From Vitrella brassicaformis CCMP3155 (Eukaryota; Protista; Chromerida), in assembly GCA_001179505.1 (NCBI GenBank), contig CDMY01000428.1, positions 14,114 to 78,113 on the forward strand: a DNA stretch of 64,000 nt. The letters run 5' to 3'. Both the position numbers and the translations under genes were made by a program. The stretch's first letter is position 1; each line of letters opens with the position of its first letter. Below, one piece after another: positions 1-12,953 of the stretch. Below the pieces are notes generated by a model. That model searched no databases. It was not told where the DNA came from and saw only the letters and a list, made by a program, of their open reading frames with translations.

Positions 1-56
1 GAACCAGGCATCGTGGAAGAGAGAAGCCATGTGTGTTTGTGTCTTGATGTGTGCAG

Positions 57-1011
57 CTTCATCACCATGTATTCCAACGTGGTCGAGCACGTCAACCCCC
101 GCATCTTCGAGGCAACCACACACACACATACAGCCCACCAGCCACCACCACACACCCCTCCCTCTCTCCCTCCCTCCCTCCCTCCCTCCTTTTCTATGAA
201 TGTCTCTCTTTGTGTGTCAGAAGGAGCTCGAGAAAATGAAGGAGGAGCAAGGCGTCACACAAGACGTCGACCTCTCAGCCGACGCGCTCAAGGAGCTCTG
301 CCAGCGGTTCAAGGCTCTCAAGCTCAAAGCGACCGGGACCCCCTTCCCCGACGACCCTCGTGAGCAGCTCGTCCGCGCCATCCGGGCTGTGTTTGACTCT
401 TGGGACAGCGAGCGGGCGGGTGCGTATCGTCGGTTCCACGGCTATCCTGATGACTGGGGGACCGCGGTGGTTATCATGACCATGGTCTTTGGCAACAAGG
501 TCGGTCGGTCGGTGGGCCACAGATGCCTTACGGATACGCATCGATTGCAAACACGTGTGTGTGTGTGTGTGTGTGTGTGTGGTTGGCGTGGCCAGGGTGA
601 TGACTCGGCGACGGGTGTGGGCTTCACACGCGATCCCTCCACAGGCGAGAAGCGATTCTACGGGGAGTTTCTCCCCAATGCGCAGGGCGAGGACGTCGTT
701 GCGGGCATTCGCACACCCCAGCCCGTGAATGAGCTGCAGGCGGTGCGGTCAGGCTCCGACCTTCCCACTTTGGAGAAGACGATGCCCGAGGCCTACAAGC
801 AGCTGATGGAGACGGCGCAGAAGCTCGAGACCCACTTCAGGGACATGCAGGACCTGGAGTTCACGATTGACAAGGGGCGGCTGTTCATGCTGCAGACCAG
901 GACGGGCAAGAGGACCGGGCTGGCGGCCATCAACATCGCATTCGACATGCTCAACGAAGGGCTCATTGACGAGAAGGAACTCATTATGGTCAGAGAGAGG
1001 AGAGAGACCGA

Positions 1012-1042
<31 letters not shown>

Positions 1043-3528
1043 AACACCCATCCTCATTGTGTGTTTTCGATTTTCTTCTTGTCAGCGCATCGAGCCAGAG
1101 CAGTTGGTGCAGCTTCTGGCCCCAGTCTTCGACCCACAAGAGAAAAAGCGCGCCTCCCCCCATCTCGCCGCCCGAGGCCTCAACGCCGGCCCCGGCGCCG
1201 CATCCGGCGTGGCCGTCTTCTCCACGGAGAAAGCCGTCGAGATGAAAGCCAAAGGCGTCAAGTGCGTCCTTGTCCGAGAGGAGACTTCTCCAGAAGACTT
1301 TTCTGGCATGGTTGCGGCCGAGGGGGTGCTGACGATGCGCGGCGGGTCGACGAGCCATGCTGCCGTGGTGGCTCGGGGCATCGGCAAGCCGTGTGTGTGC
1401 GGATGTGGGTCGCTTCGCTACAACCGTGAGGAGAACTTTGTGCGTGTGGAGGGGACGGGTATGGTGCTGAGGGAGGGGGATCCGATCAGCATCGACGGCA
1501 CCACGGGCGAGGTCTACTTCGCCGAACTCCACACCACACCCTCTGAAGTGCTGCAGGTCAGTGAGCGAGACCCAATCACCCACGCATAGGGAGGGAGCCG
1601 GCCCCACACGCACACACATTGATGGCATGACGCAGGTGTTGATCGACAAGACGAAGCTTCCCGAGGAGAGCAAGACCTTCCAGCAGTTCAACACCATCAT
1701 GACCCTCGCAGACAAGTACAGACGCCTCCGGGTGCACGCCAACGCAGACACGGGCAGGGACGCAGAGGTGGCCCGGGCCCTGGGGGCGCAGGGCATCGGC
1801 CTCACACGGACGGAGCACATGTTCATGGACAAGGAGAGGCTGACCGACGTGCGGAAGATGCTCTTCTCGGAGACTGAGCAGCACAGAAAAGAGGCTGTCG
1901 CGATGCTGCTCAAGTATCAGAAGAGGTAGGAGGGCGGGTGGGCAAAGGCAGGCAGAGGCAGCCGAGGGAGGCGATTGATGTGATAGAATGATACGACGGC
2001 TCGCTGCTCTCCTTGTGTGGTGTGTGGATGTGTTGCACTGCAGTGACTTCGTTGAGATCTTTCGCGCGATGGATGGACACCCCACGACAGTAACCACACA
2101 CACACACACACACACATACACACACACAGGATGTCTCAACTGCCGAAGGACACCTTGTTCTTTCTGTGTGTGTGTGTGTGTGTGGCTATGTATGTTTGAT
2201 GTAGATTCGTTTGCTGGATCCGCCCCGCCACGAGTTCATGCCTCACGACGAGGAGGAGCTGCAGCAGCTGGCGGACGCCATGGACACACCCCTCGAGGAA
2301 CTCCTTCGCATCAGCGAGGCCATACGAGAGGCTAACCCCATGGTCGGACACACAGACAGACACATAGACAGACAGACAGACAGACGCAGACAGAGAGAGG
2401 CGGGATCAATGAGCATCCGTGAGCTAAGCTGCCTGCTGTGTGTGTTGTCTGTCGGTACTCAGCTGGGTCACCGTGGCTGCAGACTGGGTATCCTCTTCCC
2501 GTACCTCACAGAGATGCAGGTAGCTATGGGTCACGGCGGCCTGACAGAAAGACAGACACGGAAGGAAGAAGGACACACACTCCACTCCCACACATGCTAT
2601 GCTGTCGTGTGTTTGGCTGGGCTGCTTGGCTTGCATGTCAGGCCCAGGCCATATTTGAGGCGGCGGTGGAGGTGGCCAAGGAGGGCAAGACGGTCATGCC
2701 CGAGGTCATGGTGCCGCTCGTCACCAGCAAGAACGAACTCCGCCACCAAAAGGCCATCATCGACAACGTACGTACGCCAGACACACTAGACCCACACACA
2801 CGTAAAGTATACAGCTGCATTGCATTCGCTGGCTGCCCACATCTCGTCTGCCTGCATCTGTGTGCTGTATCACTCATCTGTCAGACGGCCAAGGCTGCGT
2901 TTGAGAGGAGCGGCATGACGCTGCCCTACAAAGTGGGCACCATGATAGAGCTGCCGCGGGCCGCTCTGCGGGCGAAAGAGATCGCCGAGCTGGCCGAGTT
3001 CTTCTCCTTCGGCACCAACGACCTCACGCAGTCGACGTTTGGCATCAGCCGCGACGACAGCGGCCACTTCGTGCCGGCCTACATCAGTGGGGTGGAGTAC
3101 CCCGGGGAGGGCCAGGAGAAGATACAGATCCTCGACAACAACCCTTTTGACGTACTCGACCAGGTCGGTTGGTCAATCTTTCTTGTTGGTGTGTGTGGTG
3201 ACACCATCCATCCATCTGTGTGTGCGTGTGTGTGTGTGTGTGTGGTCAGGACGGTGTGGGCGAGTTGATGGAGATAGCGCGCGACCGCGGCAAGCAGAGC
3301 AACCCCAATCTTAAGACGGGCATCTGTGGCGAGCATGGCGGGGAGGGACGCTCTGTCAACTTCTGCCATAGAATCGGGCTCGACTACGTCTCATGCAGCC
3401 CATACAGAGTGCCAGTGGCCCGCCTCGCAGCTGCCCAGGCGGCCATAGAGGAGCTGGGGGGCGGGGCTGAGGTGGCTTATCAGGGGCCGAGTGTGGGCTA
3501 CATCCCTGGCAAGACCGTCGTGTCGTAA
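57..3528 (+). CDS. ppdK: Pyruvate phosphate dikinase, multi-exon, 5' end upstream of window
   Basis: Spliced exons give PPDK motifs: [41 protein letters not shown], the phospho-His motif [73 protein letters not shown] and [19 protein letters not shown]. Stop TAA at 3526-3528. Confidence 0.97.
2095..2184 (+). repeat. Example of paired intronic microsatellites: (CA)n then (TG)n; similar tracts (CA, TG, GACA, GGAT, GGCA, CCAG) occur throughout the window
   Basis: CA tract at about 2095-2128 and TG tract at about 2165-2184, within PPDK intron 2090-2204. Confidence 0.95.
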
Positions 3529-5358
3529 CGCTTTGCCTGACTGTCTGTCGGACTGTTTAGCGCTGAGGGAGGAGACGGGAGGGGAGGTAATTTAAGCCCG
3601 AAGGGCGTGTGTGTGTGGTGTGCCCGCTTTGTGGGCGCTGCGTGTGGTGTGGTGTGGTATCGCTATGGTGATGGGTGCGTGTCCGTATGAGGGGACGTCT
3701 GGATGTCCGGTTCGCCCGATCGACGGTGACTTCACACACACACACACACACACACACGGCAGGCAGGCAGGCAGGCAGGCAGGAAATATATTCTCATTTG
3801 CGTGCGTGAGGACGTCTATGTGTCGTGTGTGTTTGTATGTTTGTCTGTATGTGCATGGCATGCGCCTCTCTGTGTTGGTGTGCCGTGTGGCCTTTTCCTG
3901 GACCGACCGATCGCTGATCACTTATTTTTGTGTCGGTCGTCTCTCTCGCTCATCGATTAATTGATCAATGTGCAGGCAGGTCCTCTCTCTTTTTGGGCCA
4001 TCCATCCACCCACCCATCGCCGTGGCAGGCAGCTGGCATGGCGGTTTTATCTCGTGTGTGCGTAGGGGGTGCGTGTGAGGGGATGTGTGTGTGGATGTGT
4101 CCATGGCTGTGTGTGTGGCTGTGGTTTTTCCTGCACGGGGCGCGGTTGCATGAGACTGCGACAGACAGAGAGACAGACAGAGAGACAGACAGAGAGAGAG
4201 AGAGACACGGACACTTTCTCAGTGAACACTTCGTACCAAAGGGGCTGGCAGTGCGTGAGGTGGATAGGTAAGAAGAACGGCCGTCGAGTGACTGAGCGGC
4301 GCGCACAGGGGCGGCCGAGCTGTGTAGGCTGGTGCTCAGAGAGAGGAGGGTAAGGGGCTTAAGTGGGTTAGTTAAGTCGGCTGCTACACAACACAACACC
4401 GATGCATTGCATGAAGCTCGCGAGGCGAGCAGTCCACCACTGGTCGCATTTTTTTCGTGCAGCGTAAGCTAGTGCGTGTATATATCCCGGGGGGTCTCCA
4501 CTGACTGGTCGTCCACGACTTTCTGCCTGCCTGCCTGCCTTGCTGTCTTGTCTGGCTGATATGTGTCGATAATTCCGCCGTATGTGTGTGTATGGGCTGC
4601 GTGGGCGGGGAGGGGAGGGCAAGGAGGATGCTTCGGGCGGGTGCATCGGGCGGGGATCGGCCGCGTGTGTCATGTCAGTCACGGCCGTGCGATGGTCCTG
4701 TCCTCTCTCTGCGTCGTGCAGGCAGAGAGGACGCGGGGGGTCACCATACATACCATCCACAGTCGCATCTAATGCAGTACATGTGTGCCACACGCGCATG
4801 GCATGGACCCGCCACTGAGGGCATCACATTCCATGCCTATCTGCCAGACAGACAGTCAGTCAGCGAGCCAAACACGAAGACGTCCCCTCTGCGTGTATAT
4901 CTCGTGAGTGTTGTGGATTGTGTGAGAGTGATGCGATCGATGCCAATTACGAGTGCAAGAAGGTGCAGTGCGGCATGATGCGTGTGTGGAATTCACGCTC
5001 TCGTTCCGTGTGTGCGTGTGTGTGCGATGTGGGGCGAGCGAAGGTTTTTCTCAGGTTCGGGCCTCCCTTCCCTCGTGGATGTTTGTGGCGAGTCGGTGCG
5101 AGCATGCAATGCCATCCAATCCGTATGCTACGCTTTGCATTGCAATGCATGAGACTGTGAGACCGTGTTGTGTTGTGTTGTGTGTCGGCGCTCTGCCGTG
5201 GATGTGGACCAAGGGCTACCTCTTTGTGTGAAGCTCTTTGCGGATCTCTTTGCAGATCTGAAAGGGCACCCGAATCCACGCAGCGGGCAGTCCTCCTTGC
5301 TGTTTTGCACCTTCGCAGTTCGCCTTGGGGCCTCGATCCGGGGGCAATCGCTCGACGC

Positions 5359-8300
5359 ATGATGTCCCGGCGCGCCCCGTTGGCTGCCAGTGATCTGACG
5401 TTTGGGCTGTACGGCGAGAAGATCGCCCTCCCTCCCGGCTGGTTCCTCGTCCGCTTGCTCCACACGCCACGCGCCCGCCACGGCTACGGCTACATGCTCT
5501 GTACGTGTGATGGGACAGCCATGCGACACGCAAACACACACATGGTTGGTTGTCTGCGTGTGTCAGACAACAACTTCGAGGAAGCGATGGAACAGCTCGA
5601 AAAGGAAATGTATGTGGCAGGCGTCGATCTTTCGTCGCCATGCCCAAACGTGTCCTCCTCTTTGTGTGTTGCTGTACGTTTGTGTGTCAGGGGTGAGCTG
5701 TCAGAGCAGCTCGAGCAGGTGCAAGAGAATATTCAGAGGTACGAGGAAGCCAAGCGGGCAGAGAAAGAGATTGCCGAAGAGGGGGAAGAAGGAGAGCTCG
5801 AGGAGGGCGGTGAGGGAGGTGAAGGTGGGGAAGGCGGCGAGGAGGGCGCTAAGAAGCCGCCGCCGGCAGCCAAGAAGGAGACCGACGAGGGGCCGGAACC
5901 CCTCCTCTGGGAGGACACCGTAAGCAACACACAGTCCCTTCACCCCTCATCTCACACACAATCTACAGCTGCATGCATCCTATACAGGATGAAAATCTGA
6001 TGGATGAGGGGGAGTATGACATGGACGACCTCCTCGACGACCTGACTGACGAGGAGGGCCTGAGACACCGGCTGCGGCTGGTGCGGCGAGACAGACTGAC
6101 TGAGGAGCTGGAAAAAATGGCCGCACAGCTCGACAACCTGGAGCAATACAAACCTAGGGGCAGGGAGAGGGAGGTACCAGAAGAAGAGGAGGAAGGTGAG
6201 GCAAGACATTTGCTGCACACACTCCCCAGTGAGAGGAGACGTGTTGTGTGTGCACCATGTGCAGCGTTTTCCGAGCCACCTGCCCCAACATCTGCGCGTG
6301 ACAAGACGAAAAAAGACAAGAAGACCAAAGGCGAAAGAAAGCCGGAGACACAGGGCAAGGAGAGTGAAGAGAAGAAGACGGGAAGCAAGAAACAAAAAGA
6401 CAAAGATGCGACTGAAGAGGAGGCCAAGAAGAAGGAGATAAGAGAGGCCGAGAGGGAGAAGGCCAGCAGGATCTTCTTCCGCTTCGACGGCAAGAAGGTC
6501 GCTTATCTGCTGCCAGGGAACCCCAGGCGAGACCCGCTGTTTCGCAAGCCAACAAAGAAGCCCAATGAAAAGAGCAAAGAGGCGAAAGAGAAGGCCGAAG
6601 AAGGGCAAGGAACCGAGAAAGGTCCAGATCAACATGCGCAGAAGGAGGGCAAAGGCACCGAGGAACAGACAAAGGAGCAGGAGCAGCCCGCTGCTGCTGA
6701 GGCTCAAGATGCACACGAGAAGAAGCCGCCTCCGAATCCATACTACATCGGCAAGCTCGTAAGCATCCCATTACCTCCAGCCATTCATCCACAGTCATGG
6801 CATGCATGAGCCTTCCTCCCTCTGTGTGTGTGTGTCAGGTGGAGCATTGTCGTGATGATTGGGCGTCCGATCGGCGGCGTGTGCGCTATGCCTTCTCTGA
6901 GGCGGACGCCTCGGCCTACATGCGGCCTATCATTAACGAGGCGAATGAGCTGCTGGAGAAGGAGCAGCAGTGGATGGAACGGTACGAGCACGACAAATGC
7001 CAGGCCGCACTCAACCCGCTGGTGGGTGCAGTGGGTGGGTGAGACACACACACAGGCAGACACAAAGATGAGACAGACAGAGGCACGTGTGCGAGTCGAG
7101 TCAGGTGGGTGTGTATGAGGTGAAGCGGGCACACCCATCGTGGGCCGACAGGGGCCACACCGATGTGGAGGGCGTCATGCTCATCCGGTATGCGTGTGTG
7201 TATGTCTTTACATACATACACACACACACACACACGCACGCACGCGCGCGCGCGCTCTAGCAGAGCTGTGTGTTTGTGTCAGTGAGTGGCTGGCTAACGG
7301 CACGTTGGGCCACGTGGTATCCTCCCTCTGCGGCGAGCGGTGCGCCGCCGCATTCAACGACACGCTGCTGCTCCACAACCTAAAGCAACTCATAGAAACG
7401 TACACACAACAGACAGACAGACAGACAGACGGCCGACACAAATGCAGCTTGGCGTGGTTCGAGCGAGAGGGGTTCATCCACGGCAACATCCGGCCGTCGA
7501 GCATCGGCCTGGCGGACGATGGCCACTTCATGCTCCTGCAGGACCTCATACCCACACGTATGCTGACCTCTACACGCAACAACAGAGAGGGACACAAAGC
7601 GAACAAGCTCCTCCCATATGTGTGAGTGTGCAGGGGTGTTGAAGTGCTGGTTCTCTGATGTGACGATGCAGCTCACACGCCGGCCTGTATGTGTCGCCCC
7701 GGAGGTCTATCAGGTCATACATACATCTTCCAACAGACAAACAAGCACGAGACACACACATCTCGGCGGGTGTCCCTCTCTCATTGTCGGCAGACCGTTG
7801 TGGTGGATGGCATCACCGAGCCGAGTGAGATGCTGGCGAGGTTCAACCTACACAAGAATGACGTCTTCTGCCTCGGACTGGTCTTCCTCCAACTGGCCGA
7901 CATGCGGGCGCCACTGTTCCGCGACGAGGCAAGCCAAGCCAACTCCAGACATGATAGACAGACGGGGGCTAAGGGTGAGAGACAGGGCAGTGCTGGATGG
8001 ACCATGTGCGTGTGTGTGTGCGGATGTGCAGACGTTGGGTGTGGGTCAGACTCTGCCTCTCGTCCAGTGGGAGAGGCGCGTGGCCAAGACGCTCGACATG
8101 GTCGAGGAACGCCATGACCAACGTGAGCAGAGATGGCGGTGTGTGTGCATATAATGTGTGTATTTGTTGACGCATCAGGTTTTGTAGGTCTTTTGCGTCG
8201 TTTGCTGGTATGGGATGGCGAAGAGAGGATGACATTCGCACAGATTCACGACCAAATGACGGTACACACACACATACACACACACATGCAATTGTATGTC

Positions 8301-8601
8301 CTTACTTATTAAGTACATACAAACCACTACTCAAAAACTACACGCACAAAAAGGCCAGCCACTTCTGTATGTATTCTTTCAGGGCCGCCCACCGCCCCTG
8401 CCACCCACAAAGGGCAAAAGGGCCGGCAAGAAGACCAAACATACCACTAAGCCGACACCGCCCACACCAGAACACCACCACCACCAGCACCAGCACCAGC
8501 AGCAGCAGGGCGCCCCGACAAAGGACCAACAGCAGCTACGCATCCGCCCAAAACGACCCAGAAAAGACGCCACACCCGAGGACGACTGCCGCATCGAATG
8601 A
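5359..8601 (+). CDS. Acidic/Lys-rich coiled-coil protein with C-terminal kinase-like (probable pseudokinase) domain; start uncertain
   Basis: E/K-rich exons at 5690-6760 are followed by kinase-lobe-like segments: EWLANGTLGHVV, FIHGNIRPSSI (catalytic-loop position), CVAPEVY (APE) and KNDVFCLGLVFLQL (subdomain IX). The final exon is H/Q-rich and ends at TGA 8601. Confidence 0.6.
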
Positions 8602-8628
8602 ATGAACGAACCCCCGACACACTATCCA

Positions 8629-11600
8629 TTATCCATCCATCCATCGGGCCCCATCAGCCATCATCCCATTGGTCTGCGGGGCCCTGGCGGCCTCGTCGCC
8701 CATTTGTGGGAGAGGAGGGTGGTGGGGTGGGGGTGCGGCTGCTGCTGCGGCCGCCATGGGCGGTGACGGCAATGTGGCTGTGTGCTGTGGATCCGTGGGG
8801 GATGCCAGGGAGGGGGGAGGGTGAGGCGGCGGGGGGAAGGGCAAGTGCTGAATGAATGACACACACACAATCACGATCACATCACGGACACCGAGAGGGA
8901 GGTGCGTCGGTTTGCCGTGTGTCTTGGCTGTCTGTCTGTCTGTCTGTCTGCCGTGCGTACCTACCTCGAAAGTGCATGCAGGTCCGCCACATGCGTCGCA
9001 TCGTTTGATGGAGATGCAGAGGTTGGCGCACCGCGAGCAGAACAGGTGGTGACACGGGGTGATGAACACCGTGTACTGCATGCACCAATGACCAGACAGA
9101 CAGACGGATAGATAAGGAGAGAGTGTGGCGTGGTCTATCTGTGGAAGGAAGCATGTTCTGCAGTCAGTGTGTTGTGTCATATCTTGTGTCGGCGTCTGTT
9201 CTGGGTGTTTGCCCACTCACACACCTCGTTTCTGCATCGGACCTTGCCGTCGGCTGTGCTGATCATGCCGCTGCATTGCAGTCTGACCAATGAGGTGCAC
9301 AGGACAGAGAGAGAGAGAGATGGGACACCTCTTGAGTGTGTGTGTGTGTGTTGGTCGCTCATTCACTCACTTAGCCCTTAGGCGTTCTAGCTCCGCCCTC
9401 AGTCCTCTGTGCTGCTTGAGTTCTCTGACGATCTTGAGACTCGACTGTGTACAGTCGTCCATACGCTCCTCAAGGAAAGCGCGAAACTCCTGTCCGATGC
9501 ATTATTTCAAACATGTACAGCCGCACATACCCAAATCCATATGCATGCAATGCAATGAGTGGAGTGGCTTCATGTCCTATCTATCCGGCTCACATTGAGA
9601 GATCTCTCAACCACCCCTTCGTCAGTCCTCGCCCGTTTGGCCGCCCTCCCCGTGTTGGCACCGTCCGCACCGGCTTCCCTCGCCGCCGGTCCATCCGCGT
9701 CTTGCTGGTGCGGCTCTCGCTCTCGCTTTATAGCCACTAATGCAGCCACGTGGGCAGCACCCACACCACCACAAGCAGCACCACAAGCAGCAGCAGCAGC
9801 AGCAGCAGCACCAGCACCAGCAGCAGGAGGACGAGCAGGCGCCTTGGCAGCAGCTGCAACGCAACAAGTGTCCACGTACGCACAAATGAGCAGGGACGAA
9901 AGGCACACGTATGGATGAGATGAACGTGTGTGTGTATCGTGCCTGGTGGTGCTGCTTTGGGTTTGGCCGTTGCCTTTGGGGGTGGGAGCGGCGCTTTGGC
10001 CTTGGGGCTGGTCGGTCTGGGCGCCGCGGCAGCACGAGCGGCTGAACGAACGAGTCGTCACACCAACAGGCAGCGATGAAAGAGAACAATCGCACACAAC
10101 ATCCATCCATCCATCTATCAGCCTTCTCTTTTTCTCACGTGTGGCAGTGGTGAGTGGCTGCAGGCCTGGTGCACGGCCCAGTGGCTGTGCCCTGAGCTCC
10201 AAGAGTGCGTTGAGGACCAAGGCCGGCATTGGCGACAAGCCGTGATGCGGATGACTCAGAAAGGGACGCTGGAAGGTCACAAACAGACCGGTGCTCGTCG
10301 ACTGACACGGACAAGCAACCACAACGATGGATGGACGGCCAACGTGGGGGTGTTTGACCACCGGGGTACCTTCTTGCTGAAGAGTGCCTTTGCCGGCAGG
10401 ACGTCAAAGACAAAGGGGAAGAGGTGGAGGAAGTGCAGCAGTGACGCCAGCATGTCCCTCCCGCCTTCCCTGTCCGAGCCAGCCTCACCCTCATCCCACC
10501 CCGCCCCCAGCGCCTCCACGCCGACACACGGCACCAGCACCGGCTGCAGCTGCTCGTCATACAGCACACACCGCTCCACAGCACCGCTACCCTCCCTCAG
10601 ACACGCGCACAGCCCCTCCACCACCTTGATGCGCCGCTGGTTGCACAGCTGCACATACGCCGAAGTGTCCCCATCGCTGGTCGACAAACGCACGCCGCCC
10701 CCCCCAGCCATGCGAGCTGCATTCGCCGCATCCACGACATTCGGCAGCTGACGCACACGCGCGGCGAAGTCGGCCGGGGCCATGTCGGAGCAGCCGCACA
10801 GCTGCTTGAGCGTGCTGAAGGATATGTCGCCTTTCGGCCATGCGCGCAGCACGTGGATGATCTTGGCGTTCAGAAGCTCTTTCAGCTGCACTCGGTCCAG
10901 GTGGGGGAAGAGCGCCTTGAGAGGGACGGAGGAAGGGCTGAGAGAGGGGTCTGCGGGCGGCTGGTCGCTCACGCGCAGGGATATGGGGGAGTAGGGGTGG
11001 GGGAAGGGCATCGACGGCCTGCCTGCCGTGCCGTCAAACATGTCGTGGCAGTATCGCGTGACGAAAACCGAAGCAATCGGCAGCCGGTGTTCCTCCCTCT
11101 TGACAACGCTCAGCCGCTTCCACACGGACACCACATCGACGGCTGTCCGCCGCTCGTACTCCTGCCTCCGGGCCAGCGCACTCTTGAGTTCTTTCCTGAC
11201 GGCCTCTATCACCAGGTAGTCATCCAGGTGGTGCTCCCGCGCCGTCTTGTGCTCCGATTGGGGCGAGGGCGGGAGCGGCGGGTAGTATGATTTGTTTGGG
11301 CGCAGGCCACCGAACAGCCCGAGGGCGACTCCCCTGTTGCTGTCGGTGTTGGGTGGCGGTGAAGGTGTCCCGCCGTTGATGGTGGGGGATGGCGTACGGG
11401 GCGGACCGAGGGGGGACTTGCGCCTGCAAAAGGCAAACAGGGATCAGATCACCCACACACCCAGCTCACGAGTGTTGTCCGCCGCTTTCTGCTCACAATT
11501 CGTCGAGTGTGGGCGGCTGCCACTCGTCCACGTGTTGGCAGGCGGCCGTCCACAAGGAAAATGCCAACACGTGGTGCCGGCTGTCCTTCCCAAGAAGCGT

Positions 11601-12809
11601 CACAGACACGCCCCCCTGCTGGGCACTGGCAACCTCCTGCAGCGGCTGCGTCATGGCGCCGTCGAGACTGTCGAGATGGTACACGGCCCGCTGCCTCACA
11701 AGGCGCTCCGGGATGGTCGGGTCTTCACAGCCGATGGCGGCTACGGTGCTGTCTGCGGGGGCGTGGATGTACAGAGTGGGCGAATTGGGGGGCAGCGGCA
11801 GCGACTCCATCATCGCCCGACGGATGAGATCCGCTGTCCTGAGAGAAGAGCAGGCCGTGAGGACAACACACAAGAGAGAAGGCCGCTCGCGTGCCTGGTT
11901 CGTTGGTCAGGTAGTGGCAGGCACCAGCTACCATTTTCTTGGTTTGGTGACAATGACGAATGTCGGCTGGCTGGAGTCGCGCTGCCCCTGCTGACGGGTG
12001 ATTAGCTCCTCTGCCTCAAAGTCTCTCCAAGACCCCGGCAGCCTGCAGGGCAGCATCGATCACAAGACAACATCACCATGGCCTTCGTTCGTTCGTTCGT
12101 TCGTTCGTTTGTTCGTGCCCTCATTGCATATCATTACTGTTGCGGCAGATTATCGCCCCGGTCAGCGGCTGGCTGAGCGTCGACGTCCTCCACATCGACA
12201 AACGTGATGCCGCCGTCATCCTCAGTCACCGTAAGATTGGCCTCTGCGCACCATACGAAGAGGAGAGCAACGCTCATAAGCGCCATGAGTCTGTCGTACC
12301 GAGCAGCATCCTGTGCTTTGAGAAGGCGTCGTAGCAGCCCATGAAAACGTCCACCTCGTCGCAACCGGCCACGGCCTTTGCGTGGATGGAAGCGAAGACG
12401 GGCGGCCGCTTGCTGGGGCGTGCCTTGGTAATGTCCAGAAAGGACTGCTGCAGACGCTGCAGCAGAACACTCATGGACCTGATACGTCCCAGAGAGGGGG
12501 TGTCCAACAGTTGTGTGGATGCATCTTTCTCTCTGGTGGCGGCTTGGCTTACCATCCCGGTGGAACGTCTTTGAGCCTCACAACGAGAAAATGCCGCGTG
12601 GTTGGGTCAGTCACGCTCTCAACTGACTGGTTCTCCGGCCACCTGAGGTCAACGAGAGCTTTCTTGGCTGAAGGAAGGAAGCAGACAAACACATACACAT
12701 ACACATACGTAGACCGTGTAGGTGCTGCTATGACTCGCTGGTCTGCATTTCTTCACTCACCCGCGTCAGCCAGCCCGGCGGATCTGGCTGGATAAGGTGC
12801 CAGATCCAT
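8629..12809 (-). CDS. Multi-exon hypothetical protein with C-terminal coiled coil, RING-type zinc finger and Pro-rich tail; may be more than one gene
   Basis: Putative first exon MDLAPYPARSAGLADA followed by a GTGAGT donor. A long exon spans about 10300-11220. A coiled-coil exon (EFRAFLEERMDD...LRAELERLRA, ~9373-9490) precedes the RING-like exon FITPCHHLFCSRC...RCDACGG (~8965-9075). The first two RING ligands are not clearly resolved. Confidence 0.5.
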
Positions 12810-12953
12810 GACGCTATCACGGCTTTAAGGGAATGCGCTCCTCCCTCCTCTCTTCGCGGGCCTCTTTCGACTCTCTTTCTCCTAGGACATTTTGTGAAAC
12901 TGCTCGCTCTGAGCTCGCAAGTGTTGGGCCCGGACTGCAAAGCGAACAGAGGC

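Noticed and set aside
3557-5350. Many overlapping 60-170 aa ORFs between PPDK and the pseudokinase
   Set aside because: They are dominated by microsatellite translations (CVCV, THTH, RQTD) with no recognisable motif. A short 5' exon or small gene cannot be excluded.
9740-9890. Plus-strand polyQ/His mini-ORF (MQPRGQHPHHHKQ...)
   Set aside because: It is the antisense reading of an Ala-rich exon of the minus-strand RING gene.
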